From positions 128,001-192,000 of the forward strand of contig CAVYNY010000018.1 of NCBI GenBank assembly GCA_963769935.1: 64,000 nt of DNA, in the 5' to 3' direction. Position 1 is the first letter of the stretch, and each line of letters opens with the position of its first letter. The notes beneath the pieces were generated by a model. The model searched no databases. It was not told the origin of the DNA and saw nothing but the letters and a program-made list of their open reading frames with translations. Shown here in pieces: positions 17,926-27,341 of the stretch. Source of the stretch: an uncultured delta proteobacterium. Lineage in GTDB: Bacteria > Desulfobacterota > Desulfobacteria > Desulfobacterales > JAFDCJ01. Made by a program: the position numbers and the translations under genes.

Positions 17926-19083
17926 TCAACCACCGACTTCTTCTTTGACACCCACTGCAATTTTAAACAAAGCGGTCAAAACAAAGAAGCCCAGCGCCCA
18001 GACCCCCAGCGCGATCATAATTTCCGGCGCGGTGGGAATGTAATCGGTGACTTCCTCCAGCGGCGACGGGGTAAACCCCCCGGCGATCATTCCAAAACCC
18101 TTGTCGATCCAGGTTCCCAAAAATATGACCACACAGGCCACCGCCAGGACGCCCTCATTTTTGCGGGTAAGCGGATTTACCGTCAGAATGATGCCCAGAA
18201 CCATCAAGGCCATGGATGACCACATCCAGGGAACATACGCCGTGTGGCCCTGCAAGCCGACAAACAGGTATTTAAGGTGGTCCATGTGCTCGGGGATATT
18301 GCTGTAAAAGGCGACAAACACTTCACACAGAAAGAAAAACACGTTGATGCAAATCGCATAGGCCACGATTTTGGCCAGCGATTGAATTTGTTCCCGCCCC
18401 GGATCAAAACTGCTCACCCGGCGGATAATCAGGCACAGCAAAATCAGCAGGGCCGGGCCGGCTGCAAAAGCAGAGGCCAGAAAGCGCGGCGCCAGAATCG
18501 CGGTCATCCAGAAGCCCCTGCCCGGCAGGCCGCAGTACAGATATGCCGTGACGGTGTGGATGCTGACGGCCCAGGGAATCGATATATAAATCAAAGGCTT
18601 CAGCCAGGCTTGATAGTGGACGCCGTTGCGTTCGGCTTCCAGCACGTTCCAACCGATGACGATGTTTAAAAACAAATAGCCGTTTAAGACGATGGTGTCC
18701 CAGAAAAGCACGGAGTGCAGGGTCGGATAAAGCCAGACATTTAAAATGCGCCTCGGCTGCCCGAGATCGACGACAACAAACGTCAGGCACATGAGAACCG
18801 AGGCAATGGCCAAAAATTCCCCTAAAATCGTTACCTTGCCGAAGGCTTTGTAGTCATGCAGGTAGTAAGGCAATACGACCATAACGCCTCCGGCGGCCAC
18901 CCCGACCAGAAAAGTAAAATTGGCAATATAAAATCCCCAGGAAGTGTTCCGGCTCATGCCGGTGATGCCCAGACCGAAATCGAGCTGCTTGAGGTAGAGG
19001 AGAAAGCCGACGCCGACAATGACCAATAAAAAGGCCATCCACCCATAGTATTTTTTGGTTCCTTTAATCGCTAATTCAAGCAT
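17926..19083 (-). CDS. dsrP: DsrP, NrfD/PsrC-family membrane subunit
   Basis: TGMSRNTSWGFYIANFTFLVGVAAGG, DLGQP, IHTVTA; position in operon. Confidence 0.95.
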   Translation of the reverse strand: MLELAIKGTKKYYGWMAFLLVIVGVGFLLYLKQLDFGLGITGMSRNTSWGFYIANFTFLVGVAAGGVMVVLPYYLHDYKAFGKVTILGEFLAIASVLMCLTFVVVDLGQPRRILNVWLYPTLHSVLFWDTIVLNGYLFLNIVIGWNVLEAERNGVHYQAWLKPLIYISIPWAVSIHTVTAYLYCGLPGRGFWMTAILAPRFLASAFAAGPALLILLCLIIRRVSSFDPGREQIQSLAKIVAYAICINVFFFLCEVFVAFYSNIPEHMDHLKYLFVGLQGHTAYVPWMWSSMALMVLGIILTVNPLTRKNEGVLAVACVVIFLGTWIDKGFGMIAGGFTPSPLEEVTDYIPTAPEIMIALGVWALGFFVLTALFKIAVGVKEEVGG

Positions 19084-19090
19084 AATTACC

Positions 19091-19885
19091 TCACACGATA
19101 TAGTATACGGACGGCTCAGTGCCCAGATTCTGTTTACGCCGAATGGTGTAATTGGTTCGGATGAGTTCCCGCACCTTCGATTCCGGATCGTAAAGATCGC
19201 CGAAAGCGAGCTTTCCCTGCGAAGCTTCTACACAGGCCGGTAATTGACCGACCGCCAGTCGTTCGGCACAGAAATTACATTTTTCGACCACACCTTTGGT
19301 GCGGGTCGGAAATTTGGGATTGATTTCTTTGATAAACGGCCGCGGATCCCGGAAATTAAAGCTGCGGGCCCCGAACGGACAGGCGGCCATGCAAAACCGG
19401 CAGCCGATGCAGCGGTGAAAATCCATCATGACGATCCCGTCGGATTCCCGCTTGAAGGTCGCCTGGGTCGGACAGGCCCGCACACAGGGCGGATTTTCGC
19501 AGTGGTTGCACAGCACCAGAAACGGCTTTTGTTCGACGTCTTCACTTAAGAATTGGCCGCCTGCGCCCGGAAACGCATTGTGGTAATGGGTGCTCCAGAT
19601 CCACTTGATTTCATGGCGTTTGTCTTCAAAGTGAGGAACATTGTGCGTTTTATGGCAGGCTTCAATCAGTGGTTCCAGATCTTCTTCGGTCTCAAATTCC
19701 CGTGTATCTAGGACCATGGCCCATTGCTTGGCCGTTAGGGCGTCCGGGCCTCTCTCGATGATTGCTGCGGTTTTTTCGGCTTGCGCTTCTTCTTTGGCAA
19801 ACGCATTGTAAACGGGCTTGACCGTCAGAGCCAGAGACGAAAGTCCAAGCAACTGCAAAACGCGTCGTCTGCTGATATCCATCAC
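19091..19885 (-). CDS. dsrO: DsrO, periplasmic Fe-S subunit
   Basis: Tat-like SRRRVL; CNHCENPPCVRACP, CIGCRFCMAACP, KCNFC. Confidence 0.95.
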   Translation of the reverse strand: MMDISRRRVLQLLGLSSLALTVKPVYNAFAKEEAQAEKTAAIIERGPDALTAKQWAMVLDTREFETEEDLEPLIEACHKTHNVPHFEDKRHEIKWIWSTHYHNAFPGAGGQFLSEDVEQKPFLVLCNHCENPPCVRACPTQATFKRESDGIVMMDFHRCIGCRFCMAACPFGARSFNFRDPRPFIKEINPKFPTRTKGVVEKCNFCAERLAVGQLPACVEASQGKLAFGDLYDPESKVRELIRTNYTIRRKQNLGTEPSVYYIV

Positions 19886-20271
19886 GATTTCTCCTTCGGG
19901 TTTTCATTATGACAATCCCAGCAATAGGGCCGCACCGAGGCATAATTATGACACCGGTCGCAAAACTCGGCCTTGTTGGAGTGGCAATCCAAACAGGTGT
20001 TGGTCAGACTCATGGTGTATTTCCGGCCGCTGGGACTTACATAAATCCTGTCGCCTTGCCTTACCACCGCTTCCCGCCACAAATCCAGCAGCTGCATATG
20101 CTCGGCTTTCATGTACTCGGTAGAGCGCACGCATACCTTGGCAGCTTTTGCTTTTTCCGTCAGCTGCGGCACCGGTGCGGGAGCGGCTTTTCCCCGGTTG
20201 TACCAGAAGGGGAAGGTCGCGACAACGATGAAAATAATCACTCCGGCAACGATAAGTTTTTTATCCTTCAT
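19882..20271 (-). CDS. dsrJ: DsrJ triheme cytochrome c
   Basis: CLDCH, CDRCH, CWDCH; MKAEHMQLL; ATG at 20271 overlaps the end of dsrK. Confidence 0.95.
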   Translation of the reverse strand: MKDKKLIVAGVIIFIVVATFPFWYNRGKAAPAPVPQLTEKAKAAKVCVRSTEYMKAEHMQLLDLWREAVVRQGDRIYVSPSGRKYTMSLTNTCLDCHSNKAEFCDRCHNYASVRPYCWDCHNENPKEKS

Positions 20272-21907
20272 CAGTTTCTTCCTCCGAATCACCCTCTAAT
20301 CCCGGAATATCTTCGCCACGCAGGTCGGTGGTTCTGTCATTTTGCCCGGTCAGATTCAGGGCATTGGCCACCAGCTCATGCACGCCGGTGACATTCACTT
20401 CGGGCACCCAGTATTCCATCAAGGACGGCAGTGCCGCGCGGTCAATGGCGCAGATGGTCGCCAGCATGTTCACGCCATGTTTTTCGTGTACATATTTGAC
20501 GGCATTGGCCCTGGGCAGTCCGCCGGTCAATCTCAGCTCTATGTCTTCGCCGGCATTCAATCCCGCTCCGCTGCCGCAGCAAAATGTCTGCTCGCGGATG
20601 GTGTTGGCCGGCATTTCATAAAAGTGTTTGCACACATTTTGGATCACATAGCGCGGTTCATCGAACAACCCCATGCCCCGGGCCGGATTGCAGGAGTCAT
20701 GGAAGGTTACTTTGAGATGATCGTTGCGGCTGGGATCCAGATCGAGTTTGCCGTGCTTGATCAAATCAGCGGTAAACTCGGCAATATGCACCATTTTGGT
20801 TGATTTGGCATTTTCGAATTTGGTGCCTGTTATGGGGCTTACCGGCTCTTCCATAAAGTCGGCCGGGCCGTTCATGGTATCCATATACTGGTTGATGACC
20901 CGCCACATGTGGCCGCACTCGCCTCCCAGAATCCACTTGACGCCCAGCCGTTTGGCCTCGGCATACATTTTGGAATTGAGCCGCTTCATGGTTTCGTGGG
21001 AGGTAAAAAATCCGAAGTTTCCGCCTTCGGATGCATACGTACTCCAGGTGATGTCAAAGCCGTATTTTTCCTGCAAAAAATGGAAAAGCATCATATAACC
21101 CATACAGGTGTAAGTGCCGGGATCGGCAAACACGTCCCCGGAAGGGGTAATGAATAAAATATCGGCACCCTTTTTGTTGAATTGCGGTTCCACCCGCACG
21201 CCGGTGATCTCTTCGATGTCATCGACGAAAAAGTCGAGCATGTCTTTAAAGGCATGCGGCTGGATACCCAGATGGTTGCCGGTGCGGTAGCAGTTGGCCA
21301 CCGGCGTCGCAATCCAGTCGATATTCAGACCGAGCAGATTCAACAACTCCCGGCCCATGATGGTAATCTCGGCCGTGTCGATCCCGTAGGGACAGAATAC
21401 CGAGCAGCGCCGGCACTCCGAACACTGGAACAGGTAGTACCACCACTCTTTGAGCACATCCAGCGTCATCGGCCGGGCGCCGTTGATTTTGCCCAGAATC
21501 TTGCCGACCCGGGTAAAATCATTGCGATAAACCGAGCGCAGCAGCTCGGCCCTGACCACCGGCATGTTTTTGGGATCACCGGTCCCGATAAAATAGTGGC
21601 ATTTGTCGGCACAGGCGCCGCAGCGCACACAAATATCCATGAAAACCTTAAACGATCGAAATCGTTCCAGCCGCTCTCTGAAACCGTTGTGGATGATCTC
21701 CTGCCAGTTTTCGGGCAGCTTCCAGTCGTCTTCGACCGGATTCCAGGCTCTGGCATTGGGAAGCCCGACATATTCAACGCTTTTCGGATTCGATGCGTAG
21801 CAGTACATCCCTTTGCGGATGTTGACCGGCGTTTGCATCCAGTCCGTGTTCGGCGGTCGGTGGTCGATCTGGATAAGTTCTTCGGGTTTGGGTATTACGT
21901 CTGCCAT
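20261..21907 (-). CDS. dsrK: DsrK, HdrD-like Fe-S subunit
   Basis: CVRCGACADKC, CSECRRCSVFCP, GGECGH, HDSCN, CCGSG. Confidence 0.97.
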   Translation of the reverse strand: MADVIPKPEELIQIDHRPPNTDWMQTPVNIRKGMYCYASNPKSVEYVGLPNARAWNPVEDDWKLPENWQEIIHNGFRERLERFRSFKVFMDICVRCGACADKCHYFIGTGDPKNMPVVRAELLRSVYRNDFTRVGKILGKINGARPMTLDVLKEWWYYLFQCSECRRCSVFCPYGIDTAEITIMGRELLNLLGLNIDWIATPVANCYRTGNHLGIQPHAFKDMLDFFVDDIEEITGVRVEPQFNKKGADILFITPSGDVFADPGTYTCMGYMMLFHFLQEKYGFDITWSTYASEGGNFGFFTSHETMKRLNSKMYAEAKRLGVKWILGGECGHMWRVINQYMDTMNGPADFMEEPVSPITGTKFENAKSTKMVHIAEFTADLIKHGKLDLDPSRNDHLKVTFHDSCNPARGMGLFDEPRYVIQNVCKHFYEMPANTIREQTFCCGSGAGLNAGEDIELRLTGGLPRANAVKYVHEKHGVNMLATICAIDRAALPSLMEYWVPEVNVTGVHELVANALNLTGQNDRTTDLRGEDIPGLEGDSEEETDEG

Positions 21908-21917
21908 AATTTGCTCC

Positions 21918-22994
21918 TTATTCTTCCGCCGGCGTTTCTTCTTCCGCCGGATCTGCAGCAGGGACTTCCTCGGGCATCTTTACAACAGGCAGCCCGGCCT
22001 CTATCATTTTATCTCTGAATTCATCTTCATATTCTTCGTAAGTGTGGACCGGGACCGGATAATTCCAGGGATTCACGTGCCGGTTGGCCCGGGTGTCCGT
22101 CGTCAGGTTGCGGGTCGGACTCAAAAAGATGCCCCCCAGGTGCATCAATTTGCTGAAGGGGAAGTATGCCAGCAAAGTGCTCACGAATAAAAGATGGATA
22201 TAAAAAACAGCCCCGACCCCTGCGGGAATGGTGGGATGAAAAGTAACCAGCCCCATGGTGAGTTCCTTGGCGGCGGTGACATCGATTTTAGCCACGTAGC
22301 GCATGAGAATGCCGGTCAGCGCAATGCCGAATATCAAAAACAGCGGGAAATAATCGCTGGCCAGGGAGATATATCTGACCTGGCGGATAAAAAGCCGTCT
22401 TGAAAACAGATACGCGGCGGCAGCCAGCAGCACGAAACCGGATAAATAGACCTCCGGCAGGCCGAACTGGATGCTGGGATACAGGATTTCAAATCGGAAA
22501 AAACTGTCCACATTTTCAACCAGGGTGACGAAAAAAGGCACCGGATCCGTAAAAAGCCGCAGGTGGCGTATCAGAACCGTCAGGAAGGCGTAATGGAAGG
22601 CCAATGCCCCCACCCACAAAAAAATCTCCAGCTGATAGGACAATTTCGAGCCTTCCTTTAATCGCATGCGCGTATTGCGAAACAGGGACCGGAAGGTCAA
22701 TATTTCCAGAGCCATGCGTGCAACCACCTGCCATCTGGTGGCGGGGCAGTCCAGCCGGGAATGTTTAATCCAGGGCAGCGATTTCTGCTGGCCGCCGGTG
22801 GTGGGAATTTGAAAAGGGACTGCCGAACGCGACCAACCGACGACTTTGTAGGCAAAACCCACCAGGAATGTGAGCAATGCCAGGTAAGGAATGATAATTC
22901 CGAAAACAACCTGCAGTCCTATCGCCGTACCCGCCCACGCAATTAAAAAAAGCACGATAACCGCAATGAGTGAAAACATGTACCTTGCATTCAT
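21918..22994 (-). CDS. dsrM: DsrM, NarI-like cytochrome b subunit
   Basis: IPTTGGQQKSL, FRSLFRN, YFPFSKLMHLGG..SPTRN; ATG at 22994 after GAGG. Confidence 0.95.
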   Translation of the reverse strand: MNARYMFSLIAVIVLFLIAWAGTAIGLQVVFGIIIPYLALLTFLVGFAYKVVGWSRSAVPFQIPTTGGQQKSLPWIKHSRLDCPATRWQVVARMALEILTFRSLFRNTRMRLKEGSKLSYQLEIFLWVGALAFHYAFLTVLIRHLRLFTDPVPFFVTLVENVDSFFRFEILYPSIQFGLPEVYLSGFVLLAAAAYLFSRRLFIRQVRYISLASDYFPLFLIFGIALTGILMRYVAKIDVTAAKELTMGLVTFHPTIPAGVGAVFYIHLLFVSTLLAYFPFSKLMHLGGIFLSPTRNLTTDTRANRHVNPWNYPVPVHTYEEYEDEFRDKMIEAGLPVVKMPEEVPAADPAEEETPAEE

Positions 22995-23273
22995 TGGCCA
23001 GAACCTCACGTGAAGACTTCCGATAATCAAATCCGATCTATCCTGGAAGCCTCAATCTATAAATTAAGTCCACGAATATGCCGCCGTAAATCTTCGCTGC
23101 GTTCCGGCGGCCTGCGAACGGCTGCGAAAAAATGAAGAAAATCGGTAGATTTTAAATATTTTCAAATGCAAATTGTCGTGATTAAGGAATCTAGCTAATC
23201 CTTGAGATTCAATATAGCGGAGCAAAGCGACCTCCACAAATCGTCAATTTTCAATCGTTGCAATATTCATTCC

Positions 23274-23792
23274 TTAGGGTCCTTCTGCTGTCTCCGAAAT
23301 CAAACCGGCTCGCTCAAAGGCTCTAAGTGTCCGATTTTTTGTCTCGTTGGCACTGATTTGAAATATCTTTTCCCTGCATTGCATATATATATCAAACGCC
23401 ATCAAACAAAGCTGGTCGATTTTAGACTCGACAATGACCAATTCGGAGGCAATTCGACTGTCACGAAGCTCTTTTGCCAGATTCTCTCGCAGAATCTTTT
23501 TTAAAGAAAGGATGAATGCGGTGGCTTGCGAAGGGGTGAAATTTTGTACGGCCCGAATCCGGATGATCGGATCCAGATGGGAGGTGATGGTTTCAGGATC
23601 CATGCCGTGTATAAGTTGATCCAGCAGTACCCTGAGACCGGTCAGCATGGCGCCGCCAACCGGGTTGGCAAACGGATCGGTTTTGCGTTGGAGAAATTCG
23701 GCGGTATCCGGGGCATAGGTCTGGGCGGTTAATTCAAACCATTTTTTTTCCAGCACCGATTGCTTCCGTTCCAATATTTTGTTCAAACTCAT
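23274..23792 (-). CDS. dsrT: DsrT (RsbRD N-terminal domain protein)
   Basis: DPFANPVG, IIRIRAVQNFTPSQA, AFDIYMQCREKI; directly upstream of dsrM. Confidence 0.9.
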   Translation of the reverse strand: MSLNKILERKQSVLEKKWFELTAQTYAPDTAEFLQRKTDPFANPVGGAMLTGLRVLLDQLIHGMDPETITSHLDPIIRIRAVQNFTPSQATAFILSLKKILRENLAKELRDSRIASELVIVESKIDQLCLMAFDIYMQCREKIFQISANETKNRTLRAFERAGLISETAEGP

Positions 23793-23884
23793 TACTCATA
23801 AAAACTCCCGCCAGACCTGATCGTTGATACGATACCGCCGCGCGTTACCCTGCTAAGGGTTTGTTGATCAGGCCGAAAGGCATA

Positions 23885-23913
23885 CGTATAGACGACTTGA
23901 TTTTATCTGTCAA
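23885..23913 (-). promoter_or_regulatory. Candidate sigma-70 promoter of dsrT-dsrMKJOP
   Basis: Minus strand TTGACA-17 bp-TATACG. Confidence 0.55.
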
Positions 23914-23930
23914 GGGTAAATGGGGAGAAT

Positions 23931-24148
23931 AAAATCCCAAATTTCAAATGCCAAATCACAAATAATTCCCAAATTACAATATCCAATGACCGAAACCTTG
24001 CCCTCCGACATAACGCTTCCCAAAACCCGATCCTCCGATGTTGACAATACCGGGAATAAATGCCGACCGATCATTGATCATTTGTTTTGGATTTTGAATT
24101 TAGGTCATTGGGATTTGTTTGAGATTTGACATTTGGTGTTTGGAATTT
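23931..24148. repeat. Heptamer-periodic long inverted-repeat element
   Basis: Left arm AAATCCCAAATTTCAAATGCCAAATCACAAATAATTCCCAA..AATGACC; right arm GGTCATTGGGATTTGTTTGAGATTTGACATTTGGTGTTTGGAATTT; right arm recurs at 49391-49557. Confidence 0.8.
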
Positions 24149-24239
24149 TGATTATTCCATCAGGCGGGCAATTTTGGATATAACGACATAAAAAACCGAG
24201 AATTTTGCGCATAGAAGAACACAGCGCCGGCTCGACCTT

Positions 24240-25391
24240 TTAGGCGACGATACCCAGCAAGAGCGCCTGATCATCATCAGCGGGGTGCCCGCCGGCAAAC
24301 TTTTTGAGATCCGCCATAATCGCGGCGATAACTTCCCGGGGCTCCGCGGCACCCGCGATGGCAAGCGGCTGGAGCAGACGCTCCTCACCGTAAGATTCGC
24401 CGTCTGCATTGAATCGTTCGGTAAGTCCGTCGGTATATATGAGAAAACGGTCTCCGGGCTCGAGTTTGGTTTCCACCACTGGAATCTCGATATCAAAGGG
24501 TTCAATTCCCAATGGATAAACACCGGAACAGTCTAATTCGAACGCCTTTTTCTCCGCTGAACGGTAGATCATCGGCAACGGCTGACCGGCCCGGGCAATC
24601 CGCATTGTCTGAAGTTTGGCATCGTAAACCGCATAGAGGGCCGTCATAAAACTGGGATCGGCAACCTTGCACAGATGCTGGTTGAGATAAAGCAATACGG
24701 CAGCCGGATCGTCGGGAATATCCGGATAGGCTCTGAAAAGCGCACATGTCATGGCCATCAGGACCGCTGCCGGAGCACTGTGACCCTCGGCGTCGGCAAT
24801 TAAAAAACCCCAGCGATTTTCAGATATTTCGACGATGTCATAATAATCCCCGCCGGCATAACGGCTGGTTTCGTAGTGAGCGGCCAGTTTGAATCCGGCA
24901 ATGACCGGCAGCTGTTTTGGCAGGAGCTTACGCTGAACATCGGAAACCACTTCCAGTTCATGCTCGAGCTGATCTTTTTTGATCTCGACCTCACGTTTAA
25001 GCCGATGAATGGTCAGGTGGGTATTGACCCGGGCGATCACCTCGTCGGGCTGAAAGGGTTTTGTAATATAGTCGACGGCGCCCAGATGAAATCCTTTTAC
25101 TTTGTCTTCGGTATCACCAAGGGCGGAGAGAAAAATCACCGGGATGTCCGCCGTGGCATGATTCGATTTTAATTTGCGGCAAACCTCATATCCATCAATA
25201 TCGGGCATCATGATATCAAGCAAGATCAGATCGGGCAGTGCCTTGCCGGCAATGGAGAGCGCGCCTTGTCCGTTTTTGGCAATCAGGAGCTTGCATCCGG
25301 CGCCCTCAAGGGTCTGAAAAAGAATCTGCAGGTTCGTCGGATTGTCGTCAACCAGCAATATGGATTCGGTAGCTGAGTTATTGTTTCCCAT
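24240..25391 (-). CDS. Response regulator fused to PP2C/SpoIIE phosphatase (RsbU-like)
   Basis: REC (DIMMPDIDG), AGGDYYD, IADAEGH, YTDGL, DDQA. Confidence 0.92.
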   Translation of the reverse strand: MGNNNSATESILLVDDNPTNLQILFQTLEGAGCKLLIAKNGQGALSIAGKALPDLILLDIMMPDIDGYEVCRKLKSNHATADIPVIFLSALGDTEDKVKGFHLGAVDYITKPFQPDEVIARVNTHLTIHRLKREVEIKKDQLEHELEVVSDVQRKLLPKQLPVIAGFKLAAHYETSRYAGGDYYDIVEISENRWGFLIADAEGHSAPAAVLMAMTCALFRAYPDIPDDPAAVLLYLNQHLCKVADPSFMTALYAVYDAKLQTMRIARAGQPLPMIYRSAEKKAFELDCSGVYPLGIEPFDIEIPVVETKLEPGDRFLIYTDGLTERFNADGESYGEERLLQPLAIAGAAEPREVIAAIMADLKKFAGGHPADDDQALLLGIVA

Positions 25392-25465
25392 CCCGTAGAC
25401 CCTCGCTGCAACGCGCCCGACCTCCCTGGGTAAACCGGCCCGGCACGAAATGACGCCGTTTAATG

Positions 25466-25801
25466 TTATGAAAGAACCTTTAATCCTGCTTCAACGGATT
25501 CAGCAATCGGAATCAGAGACTGGAAACCACTGACTTCAAAAATTTCCCTTACAAATTCATTCAGGGAGCAGAGAACAATTTTACCATCCCGGCGTCTCAT
25601 TTCTTTGGTAGCACTCAGCAGAACTCTGAGCCCGGCACTGCTGAGATATTCCAAGGCGGCTAAATTAAACAATACACGGTTGCATGACCCCGCAAGGGCT
25701 TCCTTGACTACCTTTTCGGCTTCTGGAGCAGAATCTGCGTCCAATCGTCCTTTGATAGAAATAGAGACAACCCCGTTTTCCTCTTTCTGCGTAATTTCCA
25801 T
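25466..25801 (-). CDS. STAS anti-sigma factor antagonist
   Basis: KGRLDA, LEYLSSAGLRVLL, IFEVSGF. Confidence 0.92.
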   Translation of the reverse strand: MEITQKEENGVVSISIKGRLDADSAPEAEKVVKEALAGSCNRVLFNLAALEYLSSAGLRVLLSATKEMRRRDGKIVLCSLNEFVREIFEVSGFQSLIPIAESVEAGLKVLS

Positions 25802-25947
25802 AGCCCGATCCTTTGTTGAACGAATAGTTAGTTTCTTGCTTTTTTCTTGATTAAATTTAGTATTAATAAATCATTTGTCACCTTAAATCAATATTGATTT
25901 TTTGACATGCGGATTCGAGAGATAATCTGCAAGCCGAGACAATTCCG

Positions 25948-25988
25948 ACAATCTACAACCCTGAAAGCGCTATTTTTCAGGGCGGATT
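25948..25988 (-). repeat. End of AATCCGCCCTGAA-family element
   Basis: Reverse complement AATCCGCCCTGAAAAATAGCGCTTTCAGGGTTGTAGATTGT is similar to 59679-59719 and 45552 onward. Confidence 0.65.
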
Positions 25989-26039
25989 CATGCAGATGAA
26001 TTAAATTGCAAATCGGCCGCTTAAAGAGTAAACTTGACC

Positions 26040-26354
26040 ATGTTCTTTTTTATTGGCGGAATAACACCGAAAACTCGGAAATTAGACGAAAACCCTCGCC
26101 GGTGTCCCGACTGCGGCCTTTTCCAGGCCTATCAGATGCGGGTCGATCATTATCTTAATTTATTTTTCATCCCCGTTCTGAGAGTAAAAAAAGGCGAACC
26201 GTTCATCATGTGTGAACGCTGCCATAAGGTCACCAATGAATTCACCCGGGACTTTTCGCCGTATCGGGAAGAAACCGGGCTTTTGTGTAAATATTGCGGC
26301 AACCCGATACACAAAGGGTTTTTCTACTGTCCCTACTGCGGTAAAAAGCTATAA
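26040..26354 (+). CDS. Zinc-ribbon domain protein
   Basis: MFFFIGGI start; CPDC, LFFIP, CERC, CKYC, CPYC. Confidence 0.85.
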   Translation: MFFFIGGITPKTRKLDENPRRCPDCGLFQAYQMRVDHYLNLFFIPVLRVKKGEPFIMCERCHKVTNEFTRDFSPYREETGLLCKYCGNPIHKGFFYCPYCGKKL

Positions 26355-26502
26355 GGCCGGTTGAAAGGTTCAGGGTTGAAATAATCTTACAAGGTTATAG
26401 CATGGTTTATCCTAAATTTATGAAGCTGTTTCGTCCAAAAGGAGTTTGTGGGGTATTGCGGGTCTTGATCGATTTGAAAAACGGGGCCCTCAGTTTTAGC
26501 CT

Positions 26503-27051
26503 TTGGCCCCTGAACCGATGAGTTTATTTTCGTCAAAATTGAGCAAAAGCCTGCCTCATAACAATAGCCGACAAACTGAGCGCCATGTTGTTCTGGTGGC
26601 CCCGGAAATCCACTGGAATACCGGAAATATCGGTCGAACCTGCCTGGCAACCGACACCTTCCTGCACCTGATCAAACCCCTGGGTTTTTCACTTGACAGC
26701 CGCGAGCTGAAAAGGGCCGGTCTGGATTACTGGGAAAAAGTCAAACTGGCGGTTTGGGATGATTTTGAGATCTTCCTGGCCGGAATGGAGCCTCAAGAGG
26801 GCGAGGTCGCGGTGTTTTCAAAAAGAGGCGCCCGGGCTTTCTGGTCCATGGTCTGCCCGCGGCGGATGTTTCTGGTCTTCGGATCCGAAACCCGCGGTCT
26901 TCCCGCCAACATCCTGCAACGATATGCCGCTGCAACCTATCACATACCCATCACATCACAAATCCGATCGTTAAATCTTTCCACAGCCGCCGGTATTGCC
27001 CTGTATGAGAGTCTGCGCGCGGCAAATCCTTTTCATGCTTGGTCCGGGTAG
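26503..27051 (+). CDS. trmL: tRNA (cytidine/uridine-34-2'-O)-methyltransferase TrmL (start uncertain)
   Basis: VLVAPEIHWNTGNIGRTC, KRAGLDYW, FGSETRGLP, RSLNLS. Confidence 0.92.
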   Translation: MAPEPMSLFSSKLSKSLPHNNSRQTERHVVLVAPEIHWNTGNIGRTCLATDTFLHLIKPLGFSLDSRELKRAGLDYWEKVKLAVWDDFEIFLAGMEPQEGEVAVFSKRGARAFWSMVCPRRMFLVFGSETRGLPANILQRYAAATYHIPITSQIRSLNLSTAAGIALYESLRAANPFHAWSG

Positions 27052-27143
27052 CGGCTAAGCCTCGACCGAGACTTAGTTCGGTAGAAGCGGCCAGTTTAAT
27101 CGAAGACGAAACTTTTTGGAACCAGATGATAGTTTAAGAAACT

Positions 27144-27250
27144 CGTGGGAGCGGTTTTCCCTCCGGGGCGTAAGCCCCACGGGCTGGAGGCAACCGCGAT
27201 TAACTCGGTCGGGCCAAGGTCTGTAATCGTGGTTAAAAGCCACTCCCCCC
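27144..27250. repeat. GTGG-type REP doublet with a nested hairpin
   Basis: GTGGGAGCGGTTTTC[CCTCCGGGGCGTAAGCCCCACGGGCTGGAGG]CAACCGCGATT ... AATCGTGGTTAAAAGCCACTCCC. Confidence 0.6.
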
Positions 27251-27341
27251 CGGCATTAACCATAGTACATAGTTTGATAAATACGGATGGCCTGCTTTGG
27301 AGTCTCGATCCGCATCTAATCTAATCCGCACAGGGCGTCAA

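Noticed and set aside
23148..23170. Rex operator upstream of dsrM
   Set aside because: The AT-rich dyad does not match TTGTGAA-N4-TTCACAA
17926..23792. dsrTMKJOP as a novel system
   Set aside because: Well-described complex in canonical gene order
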